Shown here: positions 38,801 to 53,716 of the stretch, piece by piece
Numbering within the stretch: position 1 is the stretch's first letter
Layout: each line of letters opens with the position of its first letter
From: Tubiluchus corallicola
Taxonomy: Eukaryota; Animalia; Priapulida
DNA length: 64,000 nucleotides
Direction of reading: 5' to 3'
NCBI GenBank assembly: GCA_030141605.1
Contig: JAQGDQ010000115.1
Location: 496,001 to 560,000, forward strand
The notes under the pieces: model-generated
The model's database searches: none
Told to the model about the DNA's origin: nothing
The model's input: only the letters and a program-made list of their open reading frames with translations
Program-made: the position numbers and the translations under genes

Positions 38801-40529
38801 CTGGATAATTAGTTAGAAGAGTATATGGTGCAAGAGTATTTATGTTCTGTTGCCGCTACTATTTATTACCATAAGGAAAGGGTTTGGAATTCTGGGACAA
38901 TACTATAACCAGTAATTTATTTGGCTAGCAATCTAGCATTAGCAACCGTTTACCTATCTTACACGCTTGAACAAAGTCTTCTTAGATTTTTATGCAACTT
39001 GTGACGTAATCATACATAATATTGACCAACAGCTCAATTTACTAAGTGCTGAAGGCGGTTTGTTATCAGAAATGCTCAAAGGATTTGGCATTTTAGTCGA
39101 TTCAAACAGCAAGTAAAATAAAAAACAATAACCGCAACGAGTATGACAAACGAGAAGAGGCTTTCAAAATCTGGCTTAAAATTACAAAAATTACACAAGA
39201 AACGTGAGTGATAGCTAGCCATTATTTGTGAATACTTATCCATACTTTGATATTGTATAAGAAAGCAACTCAGTTTCGCGTGGTTAATGATACCAGAGTC
39301 ATTATGTATGAATAGGAAACAAATTAGAAAATATAACATACAATAATTCCTATAGTTAATGATAAGAATTGGGAGAACATCGCACCCACATCACCCCAAT
39401 TCACTGTCCTAATGCTATGTCATCTGCATATAGTTTACGATTTAACCCAATGTTGAAGATACGGGCAGTGGAGGGTCCCAACTATAATTAGCATTGGTCA
39501 GCTCGTACGTGTTTTCCACTATTTGGTTCTCTCAATGCAGTTTATTAGATCAGATCCCAAACTAAGGTTTTTCTGACGTCGGACCATACCAATTCGGCAT
39601 TGTCAGTAGGTTTTCCACATGCTTGACGCCTAACAGTACATTTTCACATTTACCATTGAATAGCATTGGGATTGTGTGCTACATCTTGAGTTTATCAATT
39701 AGTGCAGCACTCATTTAGCGCCAGTTAATAAGAGATTAGTTCAACATTATGGTAATTGGCTGGTCGTTCACATACAAGTAGTTGCACTATCAGAATACTG
39801 CATGCGTTGTAAAAACTGGCTATCTCAACGAAAGTCATCAATTGCCGCCTTTTTGGAAATTTAAGAGCAGCAAAAGTTCTTTTTGTAAAAAGAAACAGTT
39901 TCAGTTTCGAGCAACTGCTGACGTTTATATAATTTCTGGTGATCTCTTGTGGTATTAGAACTCAACAGCATTAGAGTGACACCATATTGGGCTGAATACT
40001 GTGGGCCATTTATTTTAATCAGTCCGTGATGTACACGCATGCGCTACAGCCATACTTTCGTTTCTAATTTTCAAACAGTGTCGCACTATACAAATGACAT
40101 CCATTTACAAAACGTCTCCTCGTCGTTTTCCGTCGCCGCCGAATCATTAGTTCGGTGTCCAATTAAGAAGCAATCACCTTTTAACTACAGCGAAATTTCA
40201 TCTGAACAGGCGAATTAGCTCAATTAGCAATTCGCGCCGGGAAGAAGCGCGCGTGGGAATTCGCAGGTCATTAGGGGATAAACAACTAGGAAAAGCGGCT
40301 TCCTGTATTGATTCTTGCAGCACCAGGCGGAGATGAAATCAGGAGGAGGGCTACTCAGCCTACTGGGCCAATCCGGAGGGCGTAACTTCTAGTTGCTTTC
40401 TTGTTACTTTCTGCTAGTGGGCGAAGCTGCATCAGCAAGCAGAGCTTTGCAGCAGTTTTGATTAAGTGGAATGTTGTTTTTACTTTACTCAATTTTATTA
40501 TGCTGTATTCTACAGCGTTCTTCTCAACT

Positions 40530-41006
40530 ACATTCCACTCAACTCGAACCCGATCATTCCATTCTACTTCATTTAATTTCACTCCATTCTATTTTACTCT
40601 ATTGTACTCTACTCTACTGTATTCTGCTCTGCTCTGCTCCGCTCCACTCCATTCCACTCCACTCCACTCCACTCCACTCCACTCCACTCCACTCCACTCC
40701 ACTCCACTCCACTCCACTCCACTCCACTCTACTCTACTCTACTCTACTACTCTGCTCTGCTCTGCTCTACTCTGTTTTGCTATACACTATTCTATTCTAC
40801 ACTACCCTACCCTACCCTACCCTACCCTACCCTACCCTACCCTACCCTACCCTACCCTACCCTACCCTACCCTACCCTACCCTACCCTACCCTACCCTAC
40901 CCTACCCTACTCTACTCTACTCTACTCTACTCTACTCTACTCTACTCTACTCTACTCTACTCTACTCTACTCTACTCTACTCTACCACTACTCTACCTAC
41001 CACTAC
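40530..41006. repeat. Compound pentanucleotide microsatellite (CTACT/CTGCT/CTCCA/CTACC)
   Basis: Blocks of (CTCCA)n at ~40640-40727, (CCTAC)21 at 40806-40910 and (TCTAC)n at 40911-40985, with degenerate flanks. Confidence 0.95.
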
Positions 41007-41861
41007 TGATCAACTCTGTAAATGAGCAGCTACAAGGCTCAGTTCAAAATCATTGAATATTTTACTAGTTAATTACAAAATAATTACCAGTAATAATAAT
41101 AATAATAATGGCTTTACGTCAATAACCCGATAGTAAGATCACAATTTCCTCAGCATGAATTGTTGCATGATTTATCTTATTGATCCTATTGCTGAAATAC
41201 CTGTCCTATTTAATTTATTTTTGAACCAAAAAAGATTAATTTATGGGTTAAAACCTTTTTGACCGAAAACACAGCCCAAAACGGCGCAAAAATCAAATAA
41301 TACAGCTTGCATGAATAATAATCCAATCATATAAACTTGCATGAATCTAATCAAAAGCATTTACTGTGTCGCAAGCTTTAATAAATGCAGCTTTGTCACG
41401 ACATCCCACTGTGTATAATTAGAAATAAATAAAGGATGAGCTTAAAGACAGCAAGAGCACTGTCTCTTCTTGAACCTGTGAGTATTTTATTGAACAGGAC
41501 AGTTGCGTCGAGCAGTTTTAAAAATAAACAGTGTATTTATCGTACCCAGCAGCTGAAAATGCTCGATAAGGAAAGTCATCGCAGAGATCCATACTTCAAG
41601 GCTACATGTTGCGCTTAAGTTTAATTCATTGGAAACGATTAGTAAGCCGTTTAGCTTCTCACTGTATTGTGGTATGGAAATGCGTGATCGTTAGGAGTTA
41701 TATAGACCATAGATCTGTGTTTATAACAGCCTTAAATTAGTTTGGCTCCTAGGTGGCGTCTAGACGTTTTATTGTACGCCTTGGAAGCACGCAAGGCATT
41801 TTGTGGATATATACGTACGGGGAGGGAGGTAGTGTGCACGTGGAAAGGGAGGTCGTCAAGT

Positions 41862-42145
41862 ATTGAGCTCACAGTGCCTTTCGAACAAACCGTACATGAA
41901 GCACCAACATACAAATTTAGTAAAAAAAATGGAATCTCTGGTATCACGAATAAAAGAGTCAGGCTACGATGTTAAGCATATTATACTGGAAGTAGGAAGT
42001 CGTGGTTTCATAAGTCCTGAAAACTTAAAAAACTAAAACATTTCTTAATAACAATCAGAGTAACTGCCACTGGTTAAATCTTAGTAATGATCTAAGTAAA
42101 TCTGCTGTTGTCTTATCACCATCAATATTTTATTCAAAATTTTGA
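41862..42145 (+). mobile_element. 3' fragment of a restriction-like-endonuclease (RLE) non-LTR retrotransposon (Hero-like), frameshifted
   Basis: IELTVPFEQTVHEAPTYKFSK / ESLVSRIKESGYDVKHIILEVGSRGFISPEN / ..LSNDLSKSAVVLSPSIFYSK matches the IELTVPWE..A...K..KY..L......G......EVG.RGF signature of RLE domains. AATAAA at 42202. Confidence 0.8.
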
Positions 42146-45100
42146 AGAATTTCAGATTGCTTGATTTTAACAACTGAAGTTCTTAGAACCATTTGCTATT
42201 AAATAAAATGTGTATAATTCTTTTTTTAGTTATTCAAAATTCTTTTCTTGTTAATACATTAACTATACAACATTCTAATTCATTTTATTCTATATCTGAT
42301 CAATGGTGACACTAATGATTGCCCGTCTTTGAATATGACTAATTAGATAGAGTTTTTAAACCAATGTTGGACAAAATGTATACGTGCGCATCAGCTGGCC
42401 ATTAAATGATTTTGCTTATATCACAAAGTTTACGATTTTAATTCGAGCTAACTTGTCATAAACTTTAAACTTTTATTTCTTTTTTTCGTTCAAATTAAAA
42501 CAGTCTACCTAATAGTTACTCTGGCAGTCAATACGTAATGGCTTTTTACCGTTAATGATAGTTAGAACATATACTTGATGCTTAACACTTGAAACTAGAG
42601 TAGATTCTTTGCTATCCAACAAATGGGCAACTGAAAATTGGCTATATTACTGCACGTCTATGGTTTGTTAAAGGATTCTGCCAAGACGTCTGTCCAATTC
42701 TTTTGTAGACGCATCCACTATTATCTCTTTTGTTCTGCCTTTAGTTTACTCCTGGGTACATTTCGCCCTGCAAATGCATAAATGATTGTCCTAACGAGTC
42801 GGTATTCAAATCACGCACGGGTTATATTACAGCCTCATCGTCCTGGCCGCTTTTAACAGTTTCGTCATTGACCGGATTCACAAAGACCCGCTGGCTTCAG
42901 CCAGTCTTTGTGCGACTGCAACTTCCCTTGTATACACAATGACCTTGAGTAGAAGCTTGAGAGCTCTGAGTGCTATGCATCTATGCAGGCATTGATTTGT
43001 CTTGTTTAGCACCCAGCCTAATTACCGCATTCAGAGGAACCATTGAAAAGAGCGGGCATGTGTAAGGCAGGGCTGATTATCCACCGCTTCTAATTCACTG
43101 CATGCGATTAATGCTGTTATGGTGTTAGTGAGAAACCAGATGATGAAATGCTTATCAGCTGTGACGTTTTTTATTAATTTCAACTTTGCTTGCTGAAATA
43201 ATTGCTAGAAGCAATGCAAAAATCTCTAATAAAGTATTAGCTGTATAAATGTAATATTATTAAATCCATTATTTCAGCATTTAAAGGAATGAACGAGAAT
43301 GAGAACATTCTTTAAGACATTAAACTATGTCTTAAAGGATTTTCTTAAAGAAATAGACGTACAAGCAAGTACAAAACAGTTAAAAAACCTCGTTACTCTG
43401 ACAGTTTTGCACTGATTTCGTCTTGCAATACTCAAGTTCTTAAAATTTATTAATGACTTATTCGCTTAACATTGGAATATCGAAATCTCAGTTAAAATAG
43501 TTTGCCAAACTGTCCTTACCGTTTGCAGAAATGTCTTCATTTAAATAGGAAATGAGACAAAGATAAACCTTAAGAATTTTGTAGACATTAACAGTCTAAT
43601 TAATGTGCGCAGGTTTCTCTTATTACCACCTACAGGCATTGGTCAGAGAATGAACCGTGTTGGAATATCATAACTTTATTTTTTTCTGTTATTTGGCTTT
43701 ACACGATATGTAAGTGTGAGTCTACAGTTTAATGTTTGTCTTGTTTGCTTGTCACAATGTTGGTTTTTGTATTATTGTTTTTGCAATGTATTTTTAGTTA
43801 GGTGAATTGCTACTCGAACATGATCTTAATTGTGTCGAAACGTTGCAGATGTTCGTGTCTGAATAAAAGCCATGTCTTTGCTTAAATGGTTATCATTTTT
43901 TTTAAATTTGTTTTCCCAAGCGCCATTCAGTTTCTCAAATATTCATTTATATGAACAAGTAAATTAATAGTTGAATAATTAATGGCCAAAAATTTTATTA
44001 GTATTTATTAATTAGTTGTCTATTACATCTTACATCAAAAAGACATATTTTTATCAATTTTTATCAGCATGAAATCCCTTTTTACCAGCACACTTAAGAG
44101 TTTCGATAGCGTCTGACTAAAGCTGGCTAATCCCATAAAACCTTGGTGATAACTGACTATAATTCTAGTGCAGCAGACGTATGCCGCACGGACACTTTTT
44201 ATCAAATTAGTAGGAACAAATATTTCGAATTGCGAAGACAGTTCAAATAGATTTGTAATTTGAAAATAGCATTAAGTTTGACGGTTAAGGTAAGCTGAGC
44301 ACAGTTACACAACCGTCACACACATACAATGTTTAAGCTAATGTTCAACAATTTATGTTATTCCAGCATCCGACACGAATGCTGGCACGATATAGCCTTA
44401 GAAGTGGAGAAGTGCCGCAAACACCACAGCTATGGCTGAAAATTCAACTGTGGTGTTAGACATGTCGTTGTCATCTATTTTTTACCTTCACGCACTTTGG
44501 CATCTCGCTTTTAAAGGAGAAGTGAAAGCTTGCCCTTTCTTTGTCCTGCCTGACTCGCGCATGGCTTCAAGCTCTGCCGGGCTTCTTGGCACGACTCATG
44601 TAGACCGTCTGAGCGAAAATGTTGAATGTTGCCTTGCACGGCAATTAAGTTTCGTGTGAGCAAGGAGTGAGTCACTCGCATAGCGTAGAGCGGATAAAGC
44701 TTTATTGATTTGAGATGATTGTGAAGAATTTACCAAGGCATATCGCCCGAGGTTTTGAAGCATCAAACAGTCCATACCCCGGGGAAGGCTCGTTGTGCTA
44801 ACCGAATATACTTAACAAATAAACAAAGTCTGCTTGCATTGAAGCGGTGAAACTACATTTAAAATCTAATTTTATCACATTAGTTTAAGGAAGTTGATCA
44901 TAAAAAGACATGCAAGATGCGTCTAGTCTACACGATGTCTAGTAGATGGCTCTGCATGCAGGCTGTACTGCCCTGCCTCTCGATGAAATTGTTCTTGGCC
45001 TATTTATTTCTAAAAATCTTATTGGCAAACCTTTGCTTTTATCCATATACATTGTTTATACACGGTTTCCCCATCGACACTCTCACAATTTTAGCGTCTT

Positions 45101-48100
45101 GAATCGGAAAAAAGCAAAGGTCATTTGATGACAAATTGACCATGAAACCAATAATTACAAATTTCAATTACAACAAAAACTAGAGTAATAAGGATTTGCT
45201 ATTAAAGTAAGCAGTGCTTCAGTTTATTACACTTTTACATTATAGTCCATATTCTCACATTGCCTATGAACGGTCAGATACATATAAGTAAGGGCTTCAA
45301 TAGGGGCTTCAAAAATGAAGCAAGATTAGGTCCCAAACTGCAGACTAGTAGTGGAACGCCACTAGCGAAATGAAACGATGATATTTAAAGTTGGCATAAG
45401 AAGACAAATCTTTTAGAATTAGGAATTTTTACAATACTTATCTTTATTACTGTTTTGCACTTTTTCTTGAACAGAACTGATTCATTTGTGAAGCCCTTCA
45501 AAACGACCTTTTTGTACAATTAAAGTGCACAAACAGTTGCATGTGAAGCAAGTTTCTAAAATCCTCTAGTTGAGATGAATTTTCATCTCGTGCAATTAAT
45601 CAAGCGGGTAAGAAAGCCGCTTTATTTGTCAGTGAACTAATTAAATTGGCGCAATTAAGTTTTTTCCGTTGAAAATTCCCGACCGAATTGCAGCACAAAC
45701 TGCACGGGTATAAGATGTTGTGATAAAGCTTTCAGGCTTTCAGTACACGACTTTGCAATCAGACTGCACAAGTTGCCCATGTCTCAACAACAGTGCTGAC
45801 GAAAAAGTATTGAAGTGGCCCGGCAAACAGTCTTAAGCACTTGATTGAATTTCTGCACTTGATTAGATTGGGAAGCATTTCGCCTGCTCGCTTAGATCCA
45901 AACTGAAATGCGCGAATTCAATCAGAGCCACGAGCTGTAGTTATAATGGATCACGATTCATAGCAGCGCATTTATGATATTATGTTGTTTGTTGGGCATG
46001 GGAGCATTGATCAGTTATCCTGTGAAATGATCTTTGGTGATTTAGGAGTCAGGCAGGGATTATTCTTGTTGCCTATATTGCGTATTAACTTTGCATCAAG
46101 TTACAGCTTAATTCACCTAACGTTGTACATGGTTCACACCCAATACTCACTTACAAAGATAATAGCAATTAAAGGGGAAGAAAAGGTTATTTGAAAGTAC
46201 GTTATAAAAAAGGTCTCCACATAAAGTTATATTACTTTGCATTACGCTTACGTGTTTCAAAGACTTATGTAACTAGAAAAGAAAGTTCTTAGTAATTTAA
46301 AAGTTTGTTCAACCGGTAAAATGTCACTGACTCTGTGACTCACCTTCCCAGTCTGCACCACTGACTCACCAAAAAATATATTATTACTCTTATTCACAAG
46401 ACAAAATAATTTATACTACTGTTTAGTTAGCAGAAGGTGTGCTACCTACAAATGTTCTGATTATTTTTTCAAACTTTACACAATGTCATCTAAACTTGTT
46501 TCAAGTGGCTTACCGTTAAAATGACTCTGCCTAACGGTCTTCGCGGCAATTTAAAGTTTCAAGTTTCATACAGCGTTACTGTTAAAGCAAACCCTGTGTG
46601 CAATAAGACAGCATAAAAGGGATATAAAATTTCAAGACGAATTTTTAAGCCACATTTATGAAGAATGTTTTCTTGTGCTTTAAACGAGGAAGTGGTCAGG
46701 AAGACCTTGCAAAATAGACTTCGTTGCCTGCCCTGTAGGTCTATGATAATTTTTTTCTTGGTTAACTTAGATAAATAAAATGACAACAACAGCCAAGGAA
46801 AACACAGTCCTTTACAGTGGCTGTTGTAACTATGTTAGTTATCTTAATGTTAATATTTCCAAGTTACAGATCTATTACTGACGTAGGTTAAGTTAGTACA
46901 CCATGTCAAAACGGACTAACAAAATTATGGCTGCATACTGCCATTGAGTGAGCAAAAGACCTGAAATTTTCAAACTTTGAAAAAAATCAGAGTTAGAAAA
47001 GAAAAGAAAGACTAACTTTTTGAAGCAATTTACCCAACATTGGTTATTTTAAGCATAGTTTATAATTTATTTGGCTTAAATGAAACAGTTCATTATAACT
47101 GATATGCTGATGTACAATTTAAGTGAATAAATACAATGTACAATCTACTGAACACAAATAATGTACAATTTAAGATTTACATTTGAAATTAATAGGATCG
47201 GCATAGTACTGTATCATTGAATATAACGAAACGTGACTACACAACATAGACAACATACACAGTATATACAATATGGAAAAAAAGAATAATAAATAAAACA
47301 TTATCTCAGAAGATTAGTTAAAAATTATTAGATTCGAAGACGCTTTGTCCAAACAATAATACGCTGAAAGTTTATTAGATGAAGCAGCAAGTTCATCTCA
47401 CAGCTGCGTTCCCGCGAAGAAGAAGATTTCTAATATCATCTGACAACTCATGTATATTTATATTATAATTATTAGAGACTGATAATAATTATCATGGTTT
47501 TGTCGAGTGTCAGTGCGCTAGGCAGGTTAAAAAGAGGGCATGTTAGCAAAAAATGTTCATGTGTCTCAAAAAGGAAGAGGCCCTGCAATGTTTTAAGACA
47601 CGAGACCCACTACTATTAACACAGCCCCTAGGAAATAAGTTAAAATTCAGCTGATTAAATTCAACACGCATGCGCATGAGATGGATTGTGATGGAGCTAA
47701 CATTGGTTAAAGGTCGATATATTTCGTGAGGTTTCGGATGGTACACACTCCGGATTTCAGCGATGGTCCGCTATTGCGGTAGGGCTTCCGTCACGGCGGA
47801 GGTGCGCCCATGGAGTGTGCAACATAAACAAGAAACCCTGCGCAGCAATAATCGCCACCAGTGGTGCTTTATAACAAGCTGATGCTGCTCGACAGACTCA
47901 TCAGAACGGCACCACAGACAAAGACGAGGCATAACATCTCGACACATGGCACACACATGGACTACTCTCACCCTGGAAAGGGAAGATGGGATAAACCCTT
48001 TTAGAAAGAGAAACCAATAGCGGTGTAATCTTATGGTGTAAACAAGTTGTGACGTCATTTCTGTAAGGAATTTGCGCCTCCAAGCAGGGTGCAATAAAAA

Positions 48101-48473
48101 AAGCGTTATTGCGCGCCATTCCCACGGTAGACAAAGCAACGCGGGTACCTCGGCTAGTTCCATAAACTTCGTTCGCAAGCAGCTGATACGCCTGCGTTGA
48201 TATTTATAGCTGGCTTCCCAGTAAGGAGATGGAGGCGTCATTGGCGTAAACTGCCTCAGAGGCGAAAAATAAACAAATACTATAAATCAGCTGCACTTGC
48301 AACAACTGGCGTTTACGCTAGTTTAAAGTAACTTGAATGATTTAGATGCTCGTTAATTAGGCTGTTTTTCCACATGATTTTCTTCTTGTGATGACTGCAT
48401 GTATACAGCAGATGCTGTCTATAAAACACGATCCCGCCAAAATTGTTTTAGAAAGCAGAGGCTAATTTTACAC

Positions 48474-48651
<178 letters not shown>

Positions 48652-50289
48652 CTCTCACTTCTTTTTCCCCTGTACATTTGTAAAGCAAAAACTTGCTGTA
48701 ACCCAAAAAAGGCACTAATTTATCAAACGTTTGCTGATAATATTTTGAACAATAATATGAATATTTTTAGACTGAAAGCTACAACACCTTGTGTTAGTTT
48801 GATAGTAATTTCTGAAGATGGCAGCACTAGTGATTGGGGCACATGTCTATGCTGGTACCAATCGTTGTTCCGGAAGTGTTTACAAGCGTTTTGGGCTTGC
48901 AGCTATTTAATATTCACAGCAAATTAAGCACAACAACATTAGCCCATAAAAAACGTCGTTACAGTACCAGGAGTAAAATTTATTCCTGTCTGACTCCCGT
49001 CAGTCCACTCAAAACATGCAAATTTTCCCCAACACTTTGTTACTGATGACTGTGACGAGGCCTATTCAAATCACATTGGTATAATCAATCTACTGCAAAA
49101 ATTAGGTCGGGACTCGGTTTTAAATGCACAAGTCTGTAAACGCCTGTCTAGAGTCCTCTACACAAGTTAAGCATTCGATCTTGTGTTATAGCCCATTCCT
49201 ATCAGTATACAAACAATATAAGCAGCGCGATCTTTCAGCCTATTTTGTTTCCGAAAATATGCGCCCTAAGGAAAACTGAACAAAACAGTGGGATAAACAC
49301 AGCAGGATTCGGGCAAAAACACAAAACTCAAACCGCCATTCCTTCAGCTGGTATACTGTACTGGTGTGGTACAGTAGACAAGGTAGCACGTTGTACCATC
49401 TTATTCATGTCAGAAATAAGATCTTTGGCCTGCAAAGATAGAACCAAACAGTTTAACTCCTGGACATGATCCTTTGGGGACAGTTAAACAAGTGATTATT
49501 GGAAGAATGTTCTGTTGGGTGTGCGAGTTTCATTTGACAACTAAGATACAGAAAATTATGTTTATTGGAATTATCACCCAAGAACTCTAGGCCTAAAAGG
49601 GGAAGTAGCTAGTCTCCTAATTTTTCTAACAGAGGAGCCATAATGTTAAGCAGCAACAGCTGTAAATTAAAGCTCTTTTAGGAACACTAACATTACAATG
49701 ATTTTTAACGACGAAAATTTGGACCGCAAATCATCAAATTTACAAGAAAGTACAAATAATCTGTAAAACAGTTCACAGCGGATAACTAAAGCGTGTTTTT
49801 CATGTATTCATTGTGAAACTCCTTATTTATTATTTCAAGTAAAATATTTGATTCTGCCAAATAAAAAAAACCTGCTAGCGAGCTGCATGTGGCCTCCTGT
49901 TGTTTCAATGCACCTTTGGCGCGTGCGTACTTCTTCACTTGCCATCACAATCATAATTTTTGCGAGTCACTAAAGCGGCATAAAATCTGACGCAGCATTT
50001 GTAGCCTGGTTTGACGTAAACTGCAAGCACGCAATGCTAAATTGATAGGATTTGGTTGTGTTCAGTGATTTATCGTTTGATGTGTGTGTTTTACTAACAA
50101 GCGCGGACTGTAATCGCAATCATTTGTCTCAGCATCAGTCACCCTTGCAGATGTTTGAAGCCAAGTAATGTATGAGAGTTGCGAAAAGGTTCCCGTGCGC
50201 CATCTGTTAGCAAAAATGTAACTCTTTTTGGTACGCTTCAGAGTCTGTATAAATTAATAATGCAATTATTGTAAATAGTGGAATGTAAG

Positions 50290-51065
<776 letters not shown>

Positions 51066-51529
51066 GAAACATTTTTAACCACCAAAATGCAATGTTTTCT
51101 TATTATAAATCAGCGAGTAGTTGTTGCTTTGCACTTCTAAACCTAGAAATGAAATCAGAACCAGTTTCACTCAGTGACATGAAGAAATTTAACCAAATCC
51201 CTTTTTTCTCCTGAAACTAATTCAGTCTGCGGACGACGTACTGAAATGAAAGACTTGTGGATTCGGAAATCGATATGACTGAATTGAAAACTCCTTCAAC
51301 AAGACATGCTTCTATACATTAAGTATAGGCCTAGTGATTGATCGTGAAGTCTGCAACGCCTATCAAATTATTCTATTTTTTTACTGTTACTGTCCCCAGT
51401 GCAGACAGCAACTCCAGGTTAAAAGCATTCGGTGTAACACGATTAGTCTGTAAAATCCACAGTTGGTTTTGGATGCCCCTGCAATTTTTGAATAAAAGTG
51501 AAATTGTGATGGTTTTGGCTATGGCGATG

Positions 51530-51780
51530 ACAAAGAAAGATAAAGAAAAAGACCAAAAAAAACAAAAGAAACAGTAAAAGGGAAAACAGAAAGAAAATGG
51601 TAAGAAGGAAACAAAAGAAAGAACAAAAGACATGAAATTAGCAAGAAAAAAAGTCAAAAAACGAACAAGAAAGAAAGAGAAAGAAAGAAAAAATTAGAAG
51701 AAAAGAATGAAAAAAGAAATAGTGGATGGAAAAAGAAGCACCTTAGGAAGAAAGAAAGACGAAAAGAAGAAGGAAGAGGA

Positions 51781-51834
<54 letters not shown>

Positions 51835-51855
51835 TTAGGCAGAAGAAAAAGAAGA
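51530..51855. repeat. Purine-rich low-complexity tract ending in (GA)n
   Basis: Directly visible. Confidence 0.85.
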
Positions 51856-52137
51856 CAGCAGGTGTCGTAAACGTCAACTTGTATTATTTCTACAGGACTC
51901 TATTGAAGGAGTGTCACCAAGGACTCTGACTGGCCTTTTTCATTTATAAATTTATAGTTCTCACCAACTGTTTTCCACCATTAATTTATAGTTTTAAAAA
52001 TAAATTATAGCTCTGTAACCCCCGAATTACTTATAAAATAAATTAGTTATTAATTATTGCTCTAGCAAACTAACATCTGGAATGTTGATTTGATTGATAA
52101 GTGACTAAAGTTGTAATCAGGCCTGTTGTAATCACAG

Positions 52138-52240
52138 TGGCCTGTGTGGCCTATCTGGGGCTTGCAGTCCAAAAATCCGTGTTCAAACTCAACTCAGACC
52201 CCACTTTTTCACTTTCCTTCTTTCGGTAAAAATCTTGGTA
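52138..52240 (+). mobile_element. Decayed tRNA-derived SINE head
   Basis: A-box-like TGGCCTGTGTGG (52138-52149), anticodon-arm-like GGG-CTTGCAG-TCC, and B-box GTTCAAACTC (52181-52190) at tRNA-like spacing. No complete cloverleaf. Confidence 0.4.
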
Positions 52241-52709
52241 TGAAGAATATGTAAGATCGGGTTCATTGCATAAAATTCAGGTTATAGCTGCTCTTTATTA
52301 TCAAAATACGACATTTGAAATTCGTAACGAAAATATCAGCCTTTCTTGCCAGACCTAATTCAGCAACACATTCAATATTATTTTTCACCTGGATTGAATA
52401 ATTACACGCGGTTACGTGTTACGTTCGTTTTCTGCATGAAATGCATGAAATTACACCATCGATTATTGCTTCTTGTGCAATGCACGCAACCACTGGCTGA
52501 CTAATCATGCTAATGATTGCTATTCATTTTTATTAAATAAAAAATATTTACGCGATACACGCACATACGCAGAAAATTAGATTTTACAGGGACAACATGC
52601 TTTAAAATCATACTTTGTTTTTGTTTAGTTTCAATTGCTCAACTATTGTAAGTATTTAATTTACTGATACCACCTAATGTATTTCAATTTCAATTAGTAT
52701 GGTTGAAAG

Positions 52710-52903
52710 GAATGTACGTAAAATGGCACAGGTAAAAATGGCACTAATGGAAAAGTAGGAAAAATAGCACAAGAAAAATGGCACAAATGAAAAAGTAGGT
52801 AAAAGTGACACGGTAAAAATAGCGCAAATGGAAGAGTAGGTAAAAATGGCATAGTTAACAATGGTACAGTTACGAATGTACGTGCTTAGGGTTAGGTTTA
52901 GGG
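52710..52903 (+). repeat. GGTAAAAATGGCAC-based minisatellite ending in telomere-like TTAGGGTTAGGTTTAGGG
   Basis: About 8 degenerate AAAATGGCAC units interleaved with AATGGAAAAGTAGG. The TTAGGG-like tract is at 52886-52903. Confidence 0.8.
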
Positions 52904-52923
52904 TATAATTACTTTAGTTATTT

Positions 52924-53000
52924 TTACCTCTGCCAAGGAAGTGATGCTTCAACACAGTTTGCTTGTTTGTCCATCCATTTTGTTGATTTTGTTTGTTATG
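52924..53000 (+). mobile_element. Possible Helentron/DINE-1-like non-autonomous element end (remnant)
   Basis: TTACCTCTGCCAAGGAAGTGATG followed by GTTTGCTTGTTTGTCCATCC microsatellite-like sequence, resembling from memory the TTACCTCCGCCAAGGAGGTTATG...GTTTGTCTGT terminus. Confidence 0.4.
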
Positions 53001-53199
53001 GCAGCAGACCTATTAAGCAAAGACTATCTAACAGATTCCTAAGAAACTGTGTGAAGAAAGGTGGTTATAGATTGCCAAAATGGGAATTTTTCGCCGGTTC
53101 TTTTTTCGCAAGACTTGATCGAACACCACGTACAAAAAACATTCGTGAAGCACTTCGTGAAGGTCTCAGAGGGAGTATCTAGTACTTCTTTTTTATTAT

Positions 53200-53656
53200 G
53201 TGAACTTAAAAACTTTGTGAACAGGAGGTCAGCTAGTGCTGACGTCACGTGCGAACATAATTTTTAACGGCACAAATATTTCATGAGCATGTTGCACGTG
53301 TTTGCGAAAAACAATTTTGCAGTGCTACTGCACAGTACTGACTATGATTTGTATCACCAACTTGGCAGGTTTAAAAGGTTTCAAGTTTACCGCTCCAACA
53401 CATAAGCTCTCGAACGTGTGTGCCACATCATAATTGCACTGTGAGGTTCAGCGCCTGTATTTTGTGCAACGCGTTTCTAACTAGTGCCCATCTAACTAGC
53501 GAACGGCAAAACACTAGCTGCACGCGAAATTGAGTTTCTGCGGTAATAAGACTTTCACGTAAGTTATTCTTAATAAGAGAATAAATCCCTTTCAATATTT
53601 TAAAAGTTAAATTGTTTTAAGCTATAGTTTAAGACTGAGTCCTGTTTTCTTTTTAA
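53200..53656. mobile_element. Second, left-truncated copy of the Kolobok-like MITE
   Basis: Collinear with 27950-28449: shared CAGCGCCTGT, TCTAACTAGCGAA.GGCAAAA, CGCGAAATTG, CTTTCAATATTTTAAA and GTTTAAGACTG. The right TIR CCTGTTTTCTTT|TTAA ends at 53656. Confidence 0.75.
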
Positions 53657-53716
53657 CCACCTTTTTATCCATACGTTTTAGTTTTTCCCAATCATTTTTA
53701 CTTGTTCGTTTGTTCA

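Noticed and set aside
42783-42802. TGATTGTCCTAACG resembling the 5' end of miR-219
   Set aside because: The 3' half diverges and there is no complementary star arm to form a hairpin.
47771-48241. 156-aa minus-strand ORF
   Set aside because: No recognisable domain or coding-like composition. It lies in a GC-richer island better explained as regulatory.
52138-52205. Intact tRNA gene
   Set aside because: A/B boxes are present but the acceptor and T stems do not pair; treated as a SINE remnant.
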